Below are positions 37,163 to 46,890 of a stretch of DNA of 64,000 bases, piece after piece (positions within the stretch are counted from its first letter, which is position 1; every line of letters starts with the position of its first letter). The position numbers were made by a program, and so were the translations under genes. The notes under the pieces were generated by a model. The model had not been told where the DNA came from and searched no databases. It saw only the letters and a program-made list of their open reading frames with translations. Origin of the DNA: an uncultured delta proteobacterium (GTDB taxonomy: Bacteria > Myxococcota > Myxococcia > Myxococcales > Myxococcaceae); contig CAWCKH010000005.1 in NCBI GenBank assembly GCA_963796055.1, forward strand, positions 128,001 through 192,000, written 5' to 3'.

Positions 37163-37263
37163 GGCTCGCTCGAACGTCCCCATACCGCACTGAGCAGCCA
37201 GATGCGCAGGGCGCGACTTGGGGGGCGGGCCGGCGTACTGTCTCCCCGGCCGAGGACGCTCCC

Positions 37264-37461
37264 ATGGCACCGCCGCCGGACAAGAGCCGCGCCACCGAGC
37301 CCGCGCTGTGGGCGTTCGCCGTGTCGCTGGTGCTGTTGGTGGGCCCGGCGCGGGTGCTCTGGGCCGCCCCGGGGCGCGGCTGGCTCGCCCCGTTCCTGCT
37401 CTGGGGGGTGGTGATCGCCCTCGGGGCCTGGGCCGTCCACCGCCCGAGCGCTCCGCCATGA
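37264..37461 (+). CDS. Small membrane peptide, CbrX-like
   Basis: 65 aa, two hydrophobic stretches, W..PFLLW motif, ATGA overlap with the SLC5 kinase start. Confidence 0.7.
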   Translation: MAPPPDKSRATEPALWAFAVSLVLLVGPARVLWAAPGRGWLAPFLLWGVVIALGAWAVHRPSAPP

Positions 37462-40436
37462 GCCCGTCGATCGGCGTCCTGTTCGGGGTGGCCGTGGCCT
37501 ACCTCGGCCTGCTCTTCGGCGTGGCCTACGCGACGGAGCGCGGGCTGGTGCCGGCGCGGCTGGTCCGGCATCCGCTGACCTACGCGATCTCGCTCGGGGT
37601 GTACGCTACCTCGTGGACGTACTCCGGCAGCGTGGGCTTCGCCCGGAGCCACGGCTACGCCTTCCTCACCATCTACCTCGGGGTGACGCTGGCCTGCCTG
37701 CTGGTTCCGGTGCTCTGGGAGCCGGTCTTGCGCCTGTGCCGCGAGCACCAGCTCACCTCGCTGGCTGACCTCTTCGCCTTCCGCTTCCAGAGTCAGGGCG
37801 CTGGGGTGCTGGTGACGGTGTTCATGCTCGCCGGCAACCTTCCCTACCTGGCGCTGCAGATTCACGCGGTGACCGCGGCGTTCAAGGTGCTCGCCCAGGC
37901 CTCGCCCCCCAGCGGCATCGCGCTGATGTTCTGCGGGCTGGTGACCCTGTTCGCGCTGCTCTTCGGGGCACGGCACGTCACCCCGCGCGAGCGGCACGCC
38001 GGGCTGGGTGTGGCCATCGCCTTCGAGTCGCTGGTGAAGCTGCTGGCGCTGCTCACCGTGGCCCTGGTGGCGGTGACCAGCGTGTTCGGCGGCCTGGGCG
38101 GGCTGTCGCGCTGGCTGGCAGAGCACCCCGACGCGCTCGAGCGGGCCTACGGCCCGGTGCAGAGCGGGCCCTGGGCAACCCTCCTCCTGCTCGCATTCGC
38201 CGCGGCGTTCCTCCTGCCGCGCCAGTTCCACATGGCGTTCACCGAGTCGCTCGACGGGCGGGCGCTCAGGGTGGCGGCCTGGGCCTTCCCGCTCTTCCTG
38301 CTGCTGCTCAATCTCCCGGTCTTGCCGCTGCTCTGGAGCGGGACGGTGCGCTTCCCGGATGGGAACCCGGACAATCACGTGCTCGCGCTCGCCAGGAGCA
38401 GTGGACACCCCCTGGTGGGGGCGCTGGCGTTCGTCGGCGCCATCTCCGCGGCGAGCAGCATGCTCATCGTCGACACGCTGGCCCTGGCGGCGATGTGCCT
38501 CAACCACCTGGTGCTCCCCCGCACCGACCTCGCCCGCTCGGGCGACCTGTACGCGGGGCTGCTCTGGGCACGCCGGGCACTCATCGTCACCGTGCTCGCC
38601 CTCGGCTACGCCTTCAGCCGTCTGCTCGCCACCCGGCAGGGACTGGTGGAGATCGGCCTCATCTCCTTCGTCGCCGTGGTCCAGGTCCTGCCCGGCCTGC
38701 TGGCCCTCCTCTTCTGGCGCGGGGCGACACGCCAGGGATTCCTGGTGGGACTGTCGGCGGGGGTGGGGGTCTGGGCGGTCACGCTCTTCCTGCCCCTGCT
38801 GGCCCACGGGCGGCTCCTCCCGGCGGCGTTCGATCTGGCCTGGGTGTTCGGCATCCGTCCCGGCACCGAGCCGTGGAGCGCGAGCACGTTCTGGTCGCTG
38901 TTCCTCAACACCCTGCTCTTCGGCGGCGTCTCGCTCCTGACCCGCGCCACCGTGCGCGAGGAAGAGGCGGCGGTGGCCTGCACCCGCGGCGCAGCGCCCG
39001 GGCCGTGGATGCTGGAGCCGTCGAGCGCCCAGGAGTTCCAGGCGCGCCTGGCCCCGCTGCTCGGGGAGGACGCCGCCTCGACCGAGCTGACCCAGGCGCT
39101 GGCCGACCTGGACATGGTGCCCGGCGAGCGGCGGCCGGCGCAGCTGGGGAGACTGAGGGACCGCCTGCAGCGCAACCTCTCCGGCCTGATGGGGCCGCTG
39201 GTCGCCCGCTGGGTAGTGGACCGCAGCATCCGCATCAACCACGGCAAGCGGGCCCCGCTGAGCGACCGCATCCGCGCGCTGGAGGAGCAGCTCCGGGCGA
39301 GCCGGGCCCAGCTGCAGGGAGCGCCGGCCGAGCTGGAGGCCTACCGGCGCTACCTCCGGCGCGTGCTGGAGGACCTCCCGCTGGGCGTGTGCGCGCTCGG
39401 ACCCGACCGGGACGTCGTCATCTGGAACCGCGCGCTCGAGCACCTGAGCGGGCTCACCGCCCACGACGCGGTCGGTGCACGGCTCGACGTGCTGCCTGGT
39501 CCGTTGCCCGCCTCGGTCCGCGCCTTCGTCTCCGGCGCGGCGTCGCAGGAGGAGGTGCGGCTGCAGATGAGCGGCGCGAGCGAGCGCGCCTTCTCCCTGT
39601 CTCGAAGTCAGGTGCGCGAGCTGGGGAGCACCACCGGTGAGACCGCCGGGGTGGTGGTGCTGGTGGAGGACCTCACCGAGCGCAAGCTGCTGGCCGCGCA
39701 GGTGGCGCACCAGGACCGGCTGGCCTCGGTGGGTCGGCTCGCGGCCGGCGTGGCGCACGAGATCGGCAACCCGCTCACCGGCATCGCCTGCCTCGCCCAG
39801 AACCTCGTCCGCGAGCTCGGCGAGACCGACCTGCGCGACCGGGTGGGCCTCATCCTCCGCGAGACCCAGCGCATCGACGCCATCGTCCGGGTGCTGCTCG
39901 GCTACAGCCACGCCGGGGCCGCGGACGGGATGCACCAGGCCCCGGTGGATCTCCACCACTGCGTCGCGGAAGCCATCACCCTGGTCCACCTCGCGCGCGA
40001 GGCGAAGGGCGTTCCCTGTGAGAACGAGGTGCCCGCCGGCGTGTACGTCTCGGGGGACCGGCAGCGATTGATCCAGGTGTTCGTCAATCTCGTGTCGAAC
40101 GCGTGCGACGCGAGCCCGTCCGGCACCCCGGTAACGGTCGGTGCGCTCTCGACGACACAGGGCGTCAAGGTCTTCGTTCGCGACCGTGGCACTGGAATGG
40201 ACGAGTCGACCCGCGAACGGATGTTCGAACCTTTTTACACGACGAAGCCGCCGGGGCAGGGTACGGGTCTCGGGCTCCCGCTGGTCGCGGCCATCGTCCG
40301 CGAGCACGGGGGTACGCTCCGGGTGGAGAGCAGACCCGGCGCAGGGACGACGGTCGAGGTGGAGCTGCCGGGGGCGGAGGAGCCGGCGGCTCCGGGGACG
40401 AGGGTGGCCGAGGCCCTCGGGGGAGCACGCGCATGA
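37458..40436 (+). CDS. CbrA-like SLC5/STAC/PAS histidine kinase
   Basis: SLGVYATSWTY, TSLADLFAFRF, IAFESLVKL, LPRQFH; PAS; AAGVAHEIGNP; NtrB-type HATPase (FYTTKPPGQGTGLGL). Confidence 0.88.
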   Translation: MSPSIGVLFGVAVAYLGLLFGVAYATERGLVPARLVRHPLTYAISLGVYATSWTYSGSVGFARSHGYAFLTIYLGVTLACLLVPVLWEPVLRLCREHQLTSLADLFAFRFQSQGAGVLVTVFMLAGNLPYLALQIHAVTAAFKVLAQASPPSGIALMFCGLVTLFALLFGARHVTPRERHAGLGVAIAFESLVKLLALLTVALVAVTSVFGGLGGLSRWLAEHPDALERAYGPVQSGPWATLLLLAFAAAFLLPRQFHMAFTESLDGRALRVAAWAFPLFLLLLNLPVLPLLWSGTVRFPDGNPDNHVLALARSSGHPLVGALAFVGAISAASSMLIVDTLALAAMCLNHLVLPRTDLARSGDLYAGLLWARRALIVTVLALGYAFSRLLATRQGLVEIGLISFVAVVQVLPGLLALLFWRGATRQGFLVGLSAGVGVWAVTLFLPLLAHGRLLPAAFDLAWVFGIRPGTEPWSASTFWSLFLNTLLFGGVSLLTRATVREEEAAVACTRGAAPGPWMLEPSSAQEFQARLAPLLGEDAASTELTQALADLDMVPGERRPAQLGRLRDRLQRNLSGLMGPLVARWVVDRSIRINHGKRAPLSDRIRALEEQLRASRAQLQGAPAELEAYRRYLRRVLEDLPLGVCALGPDRDVVIWNRALEHLSGLTAHDAVGARLDVLPGPLPASVRAFVSGAASQEEVRLQMSGASERAFSLSRSQVRELGSTTGETAGVVVLVEDLTERKLLAAQVAHQDRLASVGRLAAGVAHEIGNPLTGIACLAQNLVRELGETDLRDRVGLILRETQRIDAIVRVLLGYSHAGAADGMHQAPVDLHHCVAEAITLVHLAREAKGVPCENEVPAGVYVSGDRQRLIQVFVNLVSNACDASPSGTPVTVGALSTTQGVKVFVRDRGTGMDESTRERMFEPFYTTKPPGQGTGLGLPLVAAIVREHGGTLRVESRPGAGTTVEVELPGAEEPAAPGTRVAEALGGARA

Positions 40437-41785
40437 GCCGCATCCTGGTGGTCGAGGACGAGGACATCATCCGCTCCGAGCTGGCGCGACTCCTCGCGCG
40501 GACCGGCCACGACGTGGTCGAGGCACGCTCGGTCCCGGAGGCCATGGGCGCGGGGGCCGCCGATGGATTCGACCTGGTCATCGCCGACCTGCGCCTGCCG
40601 GGCGAGCTGGGCACCACGCTCATCGACAGCTGCCGGCCGACGCCGGTGCTGGTGATGACCAGCTACGCCACGGTGCGTGCTGCGGTGGAGGCGATGCAGA
40701 AGGGCGCCGCCGACTTCGTGGCCAAGCCGTTCGACCACGACGAGTTCCTCCTGGTGATGGACCGGGTGCTGCGCCAGTCGCGCCTGCAGCGGCAGAACGC
40801 GGCCCTCAAGCAAGATCTGGAAAGGAACTACGCGGTGCACGGGATGGTGGGCAGCTGCTCGGCGATGCTCGAGGTCTTCGAGCGGGTGCGCAAGGTGGCC
40901 GCCACCGACGCCACGGTGCTCGTGCTCGGCGAGTCGGGCACCGGCAAGGAGCTGGTGGCCCGCGCCGTCCACGACCAGAGCAGCCGCCGCGACGCGCCGA
41001 TCATCGCCGTCAACTGCGCCTCGATCCCCGAGACGCTGATCGAGTCCGAGCTCTTCGGCCACGAGAGGGGCGCCTTCACCGGTGCGCACAAGGCGCATCC
41101 CGGCCTGGTCGAGGCGGCGGACGGCGGCACGCTCTTCCTCGACGAGATCGGCGAGCTGCCCCTGCCCGCCCAGGCCCGGCTGCTCCGGGTGATGCAGGAG
41201 GGCGAGGTCCGCCGGGTGGGCGCCACCGGGAGCCGGCGGGTCAACGTCCGGCTGATGGCCGCCACCCACCGGGACCTCCGGCAGATGTCGTACGACGGCC
41301 AGTTCCGGAACGACCTCTACTTCCGGCTGCGGGTGGTGGAGATCAGCCTCCCGCCGCTGCGGGCGCGCGGCTCGGACGTGCTCGAGCTCGCGGACTTCCT
41401 CCTGGCGAAGCTCTGCCGCCGGCTCAACAAGCCTCCCCTGGAGCTCACCTCGGAGGCGCGGCAGGCGATCTTCGAGCATCCCTGGCCGGGGAACGTGCGC
41501 GAGCTGGAGAACGCCCTCGAGCGCGCGGTCATCCTCTGCGACGGCGGGCAGATCACCCCCGACCTCCTGGCCATCGACGGGCCGCGCCCGGCCTCCGCTC
41601 CCGGAGCCGAGGGGGACGAGGCGAACGGCTCCGGTGCGCTCACCGAGTACTTCCGCCGCTTCGTGCTCGAGCATCAGGGGCACCTCTCCGAGACCGAGAT
41701 CGCCCGCCGGCTGGGCATCAGCCGGAAGGCGCTCTGGGAGAAGCGGGCCCGGCTGGGCATCCCCCGGGGCAAGCTCCCCGCCTGA
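40433..41785 (+). CDS. CbrB-like sigma54-dependent response regulator (NtrC family)
   Basis: Receiver, GESGTGKE, GAFTGA, WPGNVRELEN; C-terminal SETEIARRLGISRKALWE typical of CbrB. Confidence 0.92.
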   Translation: MSRILVVEDEDIIRSELARLLARTGHDVVEARSVPEAMGAGAADGFDLVIADLRLPGELGTTLIDSCRPTPVLVMTSYATVRAAVEAMQKGAADFVAKPFDHDEFLLVMDRVLRQSRLQRQNAALKQDLERNYAVHGMVGSCSAMLEVFERVRKVAATDATVLVLGESGTGKELVARAVHDQSSRRDAPIIAVNCASIPETLIESELFGHERGAFTGAHKAHPGLVEAADGGTLFLDEIGELPLPAQARLLRVMQEGEVRRVGATGSRRVNVRLMAATHRDLRQMSYDGQFRNDLYFRLRVVEISLPPLRARGSDVLELADFLLAKLCRRLNKPPLELTSEARQAIFEHPWPGNVRELENALERAVILCDGGQITPDLLAIDGPRPASAPGAEGDEANGSGALTEYFRRFVLEHQGHLSETEIARRLGISRKALWEKRARLGIPRGKLPA

Positions 41786-41862
41786 CTGAGACCGATCGTT
41801 GATGGGGGGGCCCGCAGGCCAGGGCGACCGGACCCGAGTGAAACCGGGGGCTCCGCGACCCC

Positions 41863-41955
41863 GTTACGTTCGGTAACGCCCTGTTCCGGAACGACACGCG
41901 CGCCCCGGGGGAAGTCCGCAACGGAACGTGAGGCGGCCCCTGGCAGATGGCTTGC
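41863..41955 (+). promoter_or_regulatory. Enhancer plus sigma54 promoter 1 (Acs-like gene)
   Basis: GTTAC-gttcg-GTAAC 41863-41877; TGGCAG-ATGGC-TTGC 41941-41955. Confidence 0.75.
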
Positions 41956-41975
41956 CTGTCGGATTGCTCTTCCCC

Positions 41976-43400
41976 GTGAGCACCCGTCTCGTCGAATACA
42001 GCCTGGAGGAGCGGCTGGAGGCCTGCCGCCGGCTCGCCGCCGAGAGCCTGGACAGCCCGCGGCGCTTCTGGCTCCGCGAGGCCGGACTCCTGGACTGGGT
42101 GCGTTCTCCGGAGGAGGCCTTCGTGGGGGAGATGAAGCACGGGGACGTGAGCTGGTTCTCCGGCGGCCTGCTCAACGCGGCCTGGAATGCGGTGGACCGC
42201 CACGCGGTCGCCTCCCCCGAGCGGACGGCGCTGGTGTGGGCCCGGCCCGAGGGTGACGTGGTGTCCTGGACCTTCCGCGAGCTGCGCCAGGCCTCCTCGC
42301 GGATGGCCCAGGTGCTCCTCTCCCAGGGCGTGCGGTGGGGCGACCGGGTGGTCGGTCACCTGCCCGAGACGCCGACCCTGGCGATGCTCCACCTCGGCTG
42401 CGCCCGCATCGGGGCGGTCCCGGTGGCGGTGCCGGTCCGGTCGGGGGCGGCGCTCGGCCGGGTGCTGCGTGCCACCCGGGGCAGGGTCCTGGTCACGGCC
42501 GACGAGGCGCCCCTGCCCGATGGACGGCTTCCGCTGTGGGAGCGGGTGGAGGACCTCCTCGGCGGCCTGGGGCGGGTGGAATCGGTCCTGGTCGAGCGGC
42601 GCACCGGCACTCCGGTGAGCCTGGTGTACGGGCGGGACCAGGAGCTGGGGACCGCGCTGGCCCGTGCCCGGCCGACCTGCTCGCTTCGCCCCTGCGACGG
42701 CGAGGACCCGCTGCTGCTCGTGCCGGGCCTCGAGGAGGGCCCGCCGGTGGTGCACGGGCTGGCGGGCTTCCTGCTCTGTGCCGCGCTCGGGCTCCGCGAG
42801 GCGGCGGGAGTCGGCCCGGGGGCCCAGGTGCTCTGCACCGAGGGGTTCTCCGGTTCACGCATCGACGTGCTCTGGGGGACGTGGGTGCTCGGCGGCGCCC
42901 TGGTGTTCGACGAGCGGGGAGATGGCGCTCAACGCCCCCGGGCGCTCGGCGTCACCCACCTCTTCGGGCCGCGGGGAGCGCTGGCGGCGGCGGGGCCGGG
43001 CGTGCTCGGGGCCTCGCTGGACGGCTCGGACGCCTCGGTGGCGCCGGTCTGGACGCCCGAGGGCGGGGGGATGCTGGCCGCGCGCTTCGGAGACCTCGGC
43101 GGCACGGCGCTCTTCGGGGTGGACCCCGTCCTGGTGGACACGGTGGGCCGCCGTGCGGGCGGGGCCGGAGCCGAGGGAGAGCTGTGCGTGAAGCGCTCCT
43201 GGCCTGCCCAGCCCCGCAGCCTCGAGCAGGACCACGCCGGGTACGTCGCCCAGCGGCTGGAGCGCTACCCCGGGCTCTACCGGACGTTGGTGCGATGCCG
43301 GCAGCTCCCCGACGGAGCGCTCGCTGCCATCGCGACTCCGCTCGGCGGCATGACCCCCAGCAACGTCTATCCCATCGAAGGCCCCATCGGACGCGCGTGA
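41976..43400 (+). CDS. Acetyl-CoA synthetase-like protein lacking catalytic motifs and C-terminal domain
   Basis: Acs-like WF.GG.LN..NAVDRH, GDRV, CARIGA, VTADE, EDPL, SWP. No YTSGSTG, TETG, TGD or terminal Lys motif. Confidence 0.8.
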   Translation: MSTRLVEYSLEERLEACRRLAAESLDSPRRFWLREAGLLDWVRSPEEAFVGEMKHGDVSWFSGGLLNAAWNAVDRHAVASPERTALVWARPEGDVVSWTFRELRQASSRMAQVLLSQGVRWGDRVVGHLPETPTLAMLHLGCARIGAVPVAVPVRSGAALGRVLRATRGRVLVTADEAPLPDGRLPLWERVEDLLGGLGRVESVLVERRTGTPVSLVYGRDQELGTALARARPTCSLRPCDGEDPLLLVPGLEEGPPVVHGLAGFLLCAALGLREAAGVGPGAQVLCTEGFSGSRIDVLWGTWVLGGALVFDERGDGAQRPRALGVTHLFGPRGALAAAGPGVLGASLDGSDASVAPVWTPEGGGMLAARFGDLGGTALFGVDPVLVDTVGRRAGGAGAEGELCVKRSWPAQPRSLEQDHAGYVAQRLERYPGLYRTLVRCRQLPDGALAAIATPLGGMTPSNVYPIEGPIGRA

Positions 43401-43429
43401 GGCGTGTTTCGCCGGCTCCGGCTTCCGGT

Positions 43430-43537
43430 GTTACCGAGGGCAACAAGGGGCGTTACGTTTTGTAGCAGTGGTGCAGGAGCAACCGCGCTGCGTCACCCAG
43501 AGATTTCAAAGGTGAATCGGACCGGTATGTCTCTTGC
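43430..43537 (+). promoter_or_regulatory. Enhancer plus sigma54 promoter 2 (DUF4212-actP)
   Basis: GTTAC-cgagg-GCAAC 43430-43444; GTTAC-gtttt-GTAGC 43452-43466; CGGTAT-GTCTC-TTGC 43523-43537. Confidence 0.7.
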
Positions 43538-43588
43538 GGTGTGAGTGTGCTCGAGCCGAACCCCCCGCTTGCCCCGGAGAAGGGACCC

Positions 43589-43879
43589 ATGGCCGAGCTC
43601 ACCGAAGCGCAGAGGCACGAGTACTGGAATTACAACATCCGTCTCACCGTCATCCTCCTCATCATCTGGGCCTTCTTCGGGTTCATCCTCGGCGGGGTGC
43701 TCGCCGGCGAGCTGAACAACATCGTCATCGGGGGCTTCCCGCTCGGCTACTACATCGCCGCCCAGGGTTCGCTGGCGGTCTTCGTGATCGAGATCGCCGT
43801 CTACGCCCGGCTGATGAACAAGAAGGACCGCGAGTACGGACTCGAAGACTCCACCACCCCCGGCCCGAGGGTCGCGTGA
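43589..43879 (+). CDS. DUF4212 small subunit of solute:sodium symporter
   Basis: YW..NIRL...LLIIW...GFPLGYYIAAQGS...D.EYG. Confidence 0.9.
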   Translation: MAELTEAQRHEYWNYNIRLTVILLIIWAFFGFILGGVLAGELNNIVIGGFPLGYYIAAQGSLAVFVIEIAVYARLMNKKDREYGLEDSTTPGPRVA

Positions 43880-45807
43880 TGACCACCGCCATCGCCCCCA
43901 CGCGCAAGTGGACGCTGAACAAGATCTTCGGGCTCTACACGGTCGCCTTCCTCGGAATGACGATCCTCATCGGCCTGGCCGAGAAGTTCCTCGGCCTGCC
44001 CAACCGGTGGATCGGCTGGCTCTTCATGGCACTGAGCATGGGGATCTACGTGCTGATCGGGATCCTCACCCGGACCACGGACTCGGACCAGTACTACGTG
44101 GCCGGGCGCGGGGTGCCTGCGATCTACAACGGGATGGCCACCGGGTCGGACTGGATGTCCGCCGCCTCGTTCATCTCCATGGCCGGAGCGCTCTCGGTGC
44201 AGGGCTTCAGCGGGCTCGCCTACGTGATGGGGTGGACCGGGGGGTACGTGCTGCTGGCAGTCTTCCTCGGCCCCTACCTCCGCCAGTTCGGCGCCTACAC
44301 CATTCCCGACTTCCTCGGAGCACGGTACGGCGGAAACACGGCCCGGTTGGTGGGCGTGCTCGCCGCGATTCTCTGCTCCTTCACCTACCTCATCGCCCAG
44401 GTCACCGGGGTCGGCCTGATCGTCAGCCGCTTCCTGGGGCTGCCGTTCAACGTCGGGGTCTTCGCGGGTCTCATCGGAGTGCTCTTCTGCTCGGTGCTGG
44501 GGGGGATGCGTTCGATCACCTGGACCCAGGTGGCTCAGTACATCATCCTCATCATCAGCTACCTGGTTCCGGTGGTGGTGCTGAGCTGGCAGCTCTTCAG
44601 CTTCCCGCTCCCCCAGTTCACCTACGGGCAGCTGCTGCAGCGAAACAGCGCGTCGGCGATCAAGGTGACCAACGACCCGGCCGAAGCGGCCACCCGCGCG
44701 GCCTGGAAGAAGGAAGCCGACGAGGCCGCCGCCAAGCTCAAGCAGCCGGCTCTCTCCGAGGCCGAGAGGGACAAGCTGACCGCCACGCAGAAGACGGGGG
44801 CGGCGCAGGCCAAGCCGCCCGCCGCGCCGGGGGCGACCATCGCCAACTACCTCACCGTGCCCAAGGGCGTGGGGATGTGGAACTTCCTGGCCCTCACCTT
44901 CTGCCTGATGGTGGGCACCGCAGGGCTGCCGCACATCTTGACCCGGTACTACACCACGCCCTCGGTGAGGGAAGCGCGAACCTCGGTGGGCTGGGGCCTG
45001 TTCTTCATCTTCCTCCTCTACTTTACCGCCCCGGCCTACGCCGCATTCGCCCGGTTCGTGGTCTACAGCCGGCTGGTCGGCACGCAGATCTCCGACCTCC
45101 CGCGCTGGGTGGCCTTGTGGAAACCCGCCGGCCTCTTCGACGTGGTGGACAAGATCGGCGACGGGGTGGTGCAGCTGGCGGACTTCGTCATCAAGAGCTC
45201 CGACTTCGTGGTGCTGGCGATGCCGGAGATGGCCGGGCTGCCGTTCGTGATCACCGGCCTGGTGATGGCCGGGGGCCTGGCCGCCGCGCTCTCCACCGCG
45301 GACGGCCTCCTGCTGACCATCGCCAACGCGATCTCCCATGACATGTACTACAAGGTGATCAATCCCAAGGCCCCGCTGATCGTCCGGCTCACGGTGACCA
45401 AGATTCTCCTGGTCGCGACCGCACTCATCGCCGCGGGCGTGGCCACCTTCCGTCTGGCAATCATCGTCGAGCTGGTGGCCTGGGCCTTCAGCCTCGCGGC
45501 GTCGTCCTTCTTCCCGGCACTGGTCATGGGCATCTGGTGGAAGCGGGCGAATCGACCGGGAGCGGTGGCCGGGATGCTGGTCGGCCTCGGCCTCACCCTC
45601 ATCTACATGACCGGCTCGCGCTTCTTCGGAATGTCCTGGTTCGGGACCGCCACCGTGGCCTCGGGGGTGTTCGGGATCCCCCTCGGCTTCCTCACCATCT
45701 ACGTGGTCTCGCTCCTCACAGCCGCGCCGCCCCAGCGGGTCCAGGAACTGGTGGCCGACGTGCGCTATCCCAAGGCCACCATCTCCTCGACGGAGTACGC
45801 CCACTAG
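43879..45807 (+). CDS. actP: Sodium:solute symporter, ActP-like cation/acetate permease
   Basis: YYVAGRGVP, NGMATGSDWMSAASFISMAG, GTAGLPHIL.RYYT, AAALSTADGLLL. Confidence 0.88.
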   Translation: MTTAIAPTRKWTLNKIFGLYTVAFLGMTILIGLAEKFLGLPNRWIGWLFMALSMGIYVLIGILTRTTDSDQYYVAGRGVPAIYNGMATGSDWMSAASFISMAGALSVQGFSGLAYVMGWTGGYVLLAVFLGPYLRQFGAYTIPDFLGARYGGNTARLVGVLAAILCSFTYLIAQVTGVGLIVSRFLGLPFNVGVFAGLIGVLFCSVLGGMRSITWTQVAQYIILIISYLVPVVVLSWQLFSFPLPQFTYGQLLQRNSASAIKVTNDPAEAATRAAWKKEADEAAAKLKQPALSEAERDKLTATQKTGAAQAKPPAAPGATIANYLTVPKGVGMWNFLALTFCLMVGTAGLPHILTRYYTTPSVREARTSVGWGLFFIFLLYFTAPAYAAFARFVVYSRLVGTQISDLPRWVALWKPAGLFDVVDKIGDGVVQLADFVIKSSDFVVLAMPEMAGLPFVITGLVMAGGLAAALSTADGLLLTIANAISHDMYYKVINPKAPLIVRLTVTKILLVATALIAAGVATFRLAIIVELVAWAFSLAASSFFPALVMGIWWKRANRPGAVAGMLVGLGLTLIYMTGSRFFGMSWFGTATVASGVFGIPLGFLTIYVVSLLTAAPPQRVQELVADVRYPKATISSTEYAH

Positions 45808-45907
45808 AGGAGAACCCCGCTGACCTCCCAGGGGCCCGGGGGTCCTCGCCCGACGGCAACGGGCGCGGTCCTCCCCGGGCCTCGCCCGCTGTTGGAGGCG
45901 TTCGCCG

Positions 45908-46195
45908 ATGGCATTGCTCCCCGGCGTGCTGCTCATTCTCCGCACGGTGAGCTTCATCGCCGTCTGCTACGTGGGCCTGTACATCGCCGCGACGGGGTTG
46001 GTCCGGAATCCTCAGAGCAAGGTGCTGGCGTTCTTCGCCCTGGTTGCCGCGCCCATTCTCCGTCCCGCCCGGGCGCTGGCCGGAACTGGGGCGTCCGAGC
46101 GGCGGGTGCGGTGGGTGGCCTTCGCCCTGGTGGTCGGGGTGTGGGCGGTGGCGGTTGCGCTCGACCTCAACTTCGGAGCACGACCCCCCCGCTGA
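45908..46195 (+). CDS. Small membrane protein (YggT-like)
   Basis: TM segments; FF.LV..PILRP.R pattern. Confidence 0.55.
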   Translation: MALLPGVLLILRTVSFIAVCYVGLYIAATGLVRNPQSKVLAFFALVAAPILRPARALAGTGASERRVRWVAFALVVGVWAVAVALDLNFGARPPR

Positions 46196-46229
46196 CCCGC
46201 GGGAGGTCAGGGCTGCGCGCGGCGGAGCC

Positions 46230-46560
46230 CGTCCTGCGCCAGGAGCAGGTGCTCCAAGGCGTCCATCCCCGAGCGCCGTATCGCCAGTGGACGTTGTCGC
46301 TGCCGATGCCAGTGCGCTTCTGTCTGGCCTCTTCGTCCAGGCGCTCTTCGGCTTCCAGCGCCGTACGGCCCGGGCGGCTGGGGTTGCCCGGCCGCTCAGC
46401 GGCGCCGTCGCCTTCGTCCAGCGCTTGGGCTCGGCGCTCCAGCTGACGCCCACTTCCACGTCCCCGTCCCAGAGGCCGTCTTCGAGGGGGTGCACTCCGA
46501 GGAGATGCGCCTGCACCCGCCGCGTCGGGCCATGGAACCCTCCGCTCCCTCGTCTCTCAG
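46230..46560 (+). mobile_element. IS91/ISCR-family transposase remnant (frameshifted)
   Basis: PYRQWTLSLP..VRF, then GAVAFVQRLGSALQLTP, then after a 1-nt shift HFHVPVPEAVF (HUH motif, 46451-46459). Confidence 0.75.
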
Positions 46561-46623
46561 GCGGGTGGACGCGAGGATGCGGGAGGGGACTACGATGCGC
46601 CTCGCGATGGAGGGAGCGGCCAC

Positions 46624-46881
46624 TTGAAGCGGACCAACGTCAGGAACGAACGCCTGGTCGCCCTGGCCTTGTTCGGTCTGCTCCTCTTCAACTACCCACT
46701 CCTCCAGATGTTCAACGCGCCCACGCTGGTCCTGGGGTTCCCGAAGCTCTATCTGTACCTCTTCGTCGCCTGGGCGGTGCTGATCTCGGGAGCCGCCCTG
46801 ATCCTCCGGGTGAGCGAATCCGACGGGGGAGACCTCCCCGGCGGGCGGGGACGGGCGCGACGGCCGCCGTCGCTACGCTGA
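46624..46881 (+). CDS. Small membrane protein preceding the SLC5 sensor kinase
   Basis: LLFNYPLL..F...LGFPKLYLYLFVAWAVLI; RBS GGAG; 9 nt upstream of the kinase. Confidence 0.8.
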   Translation: MKRTNVRNERLVALALFGLLLFNYPLLQMFNAPTLVLGFPKLYLYLFVAWAVLISGAALILRVSESDGGDLPGGRGRARRPPSLR

Positions 46882-46890
46882 GGCGCACAC

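Noticed and set aside
27570..40307. Very long alternative-frame ORFs (e.g. 27570-30020, 30270-33584, 36360-40307; also 13964-17692)
   Set aside because: Antisense shadows of real genes in high-GC DNA; no recognisable motifs
41786..41975. CrcZ-like sRNA after the cbrB-like gene
   Set aside because: No AANAANAA repeats and no room: the promoter leads straight into the Acs-like ORF
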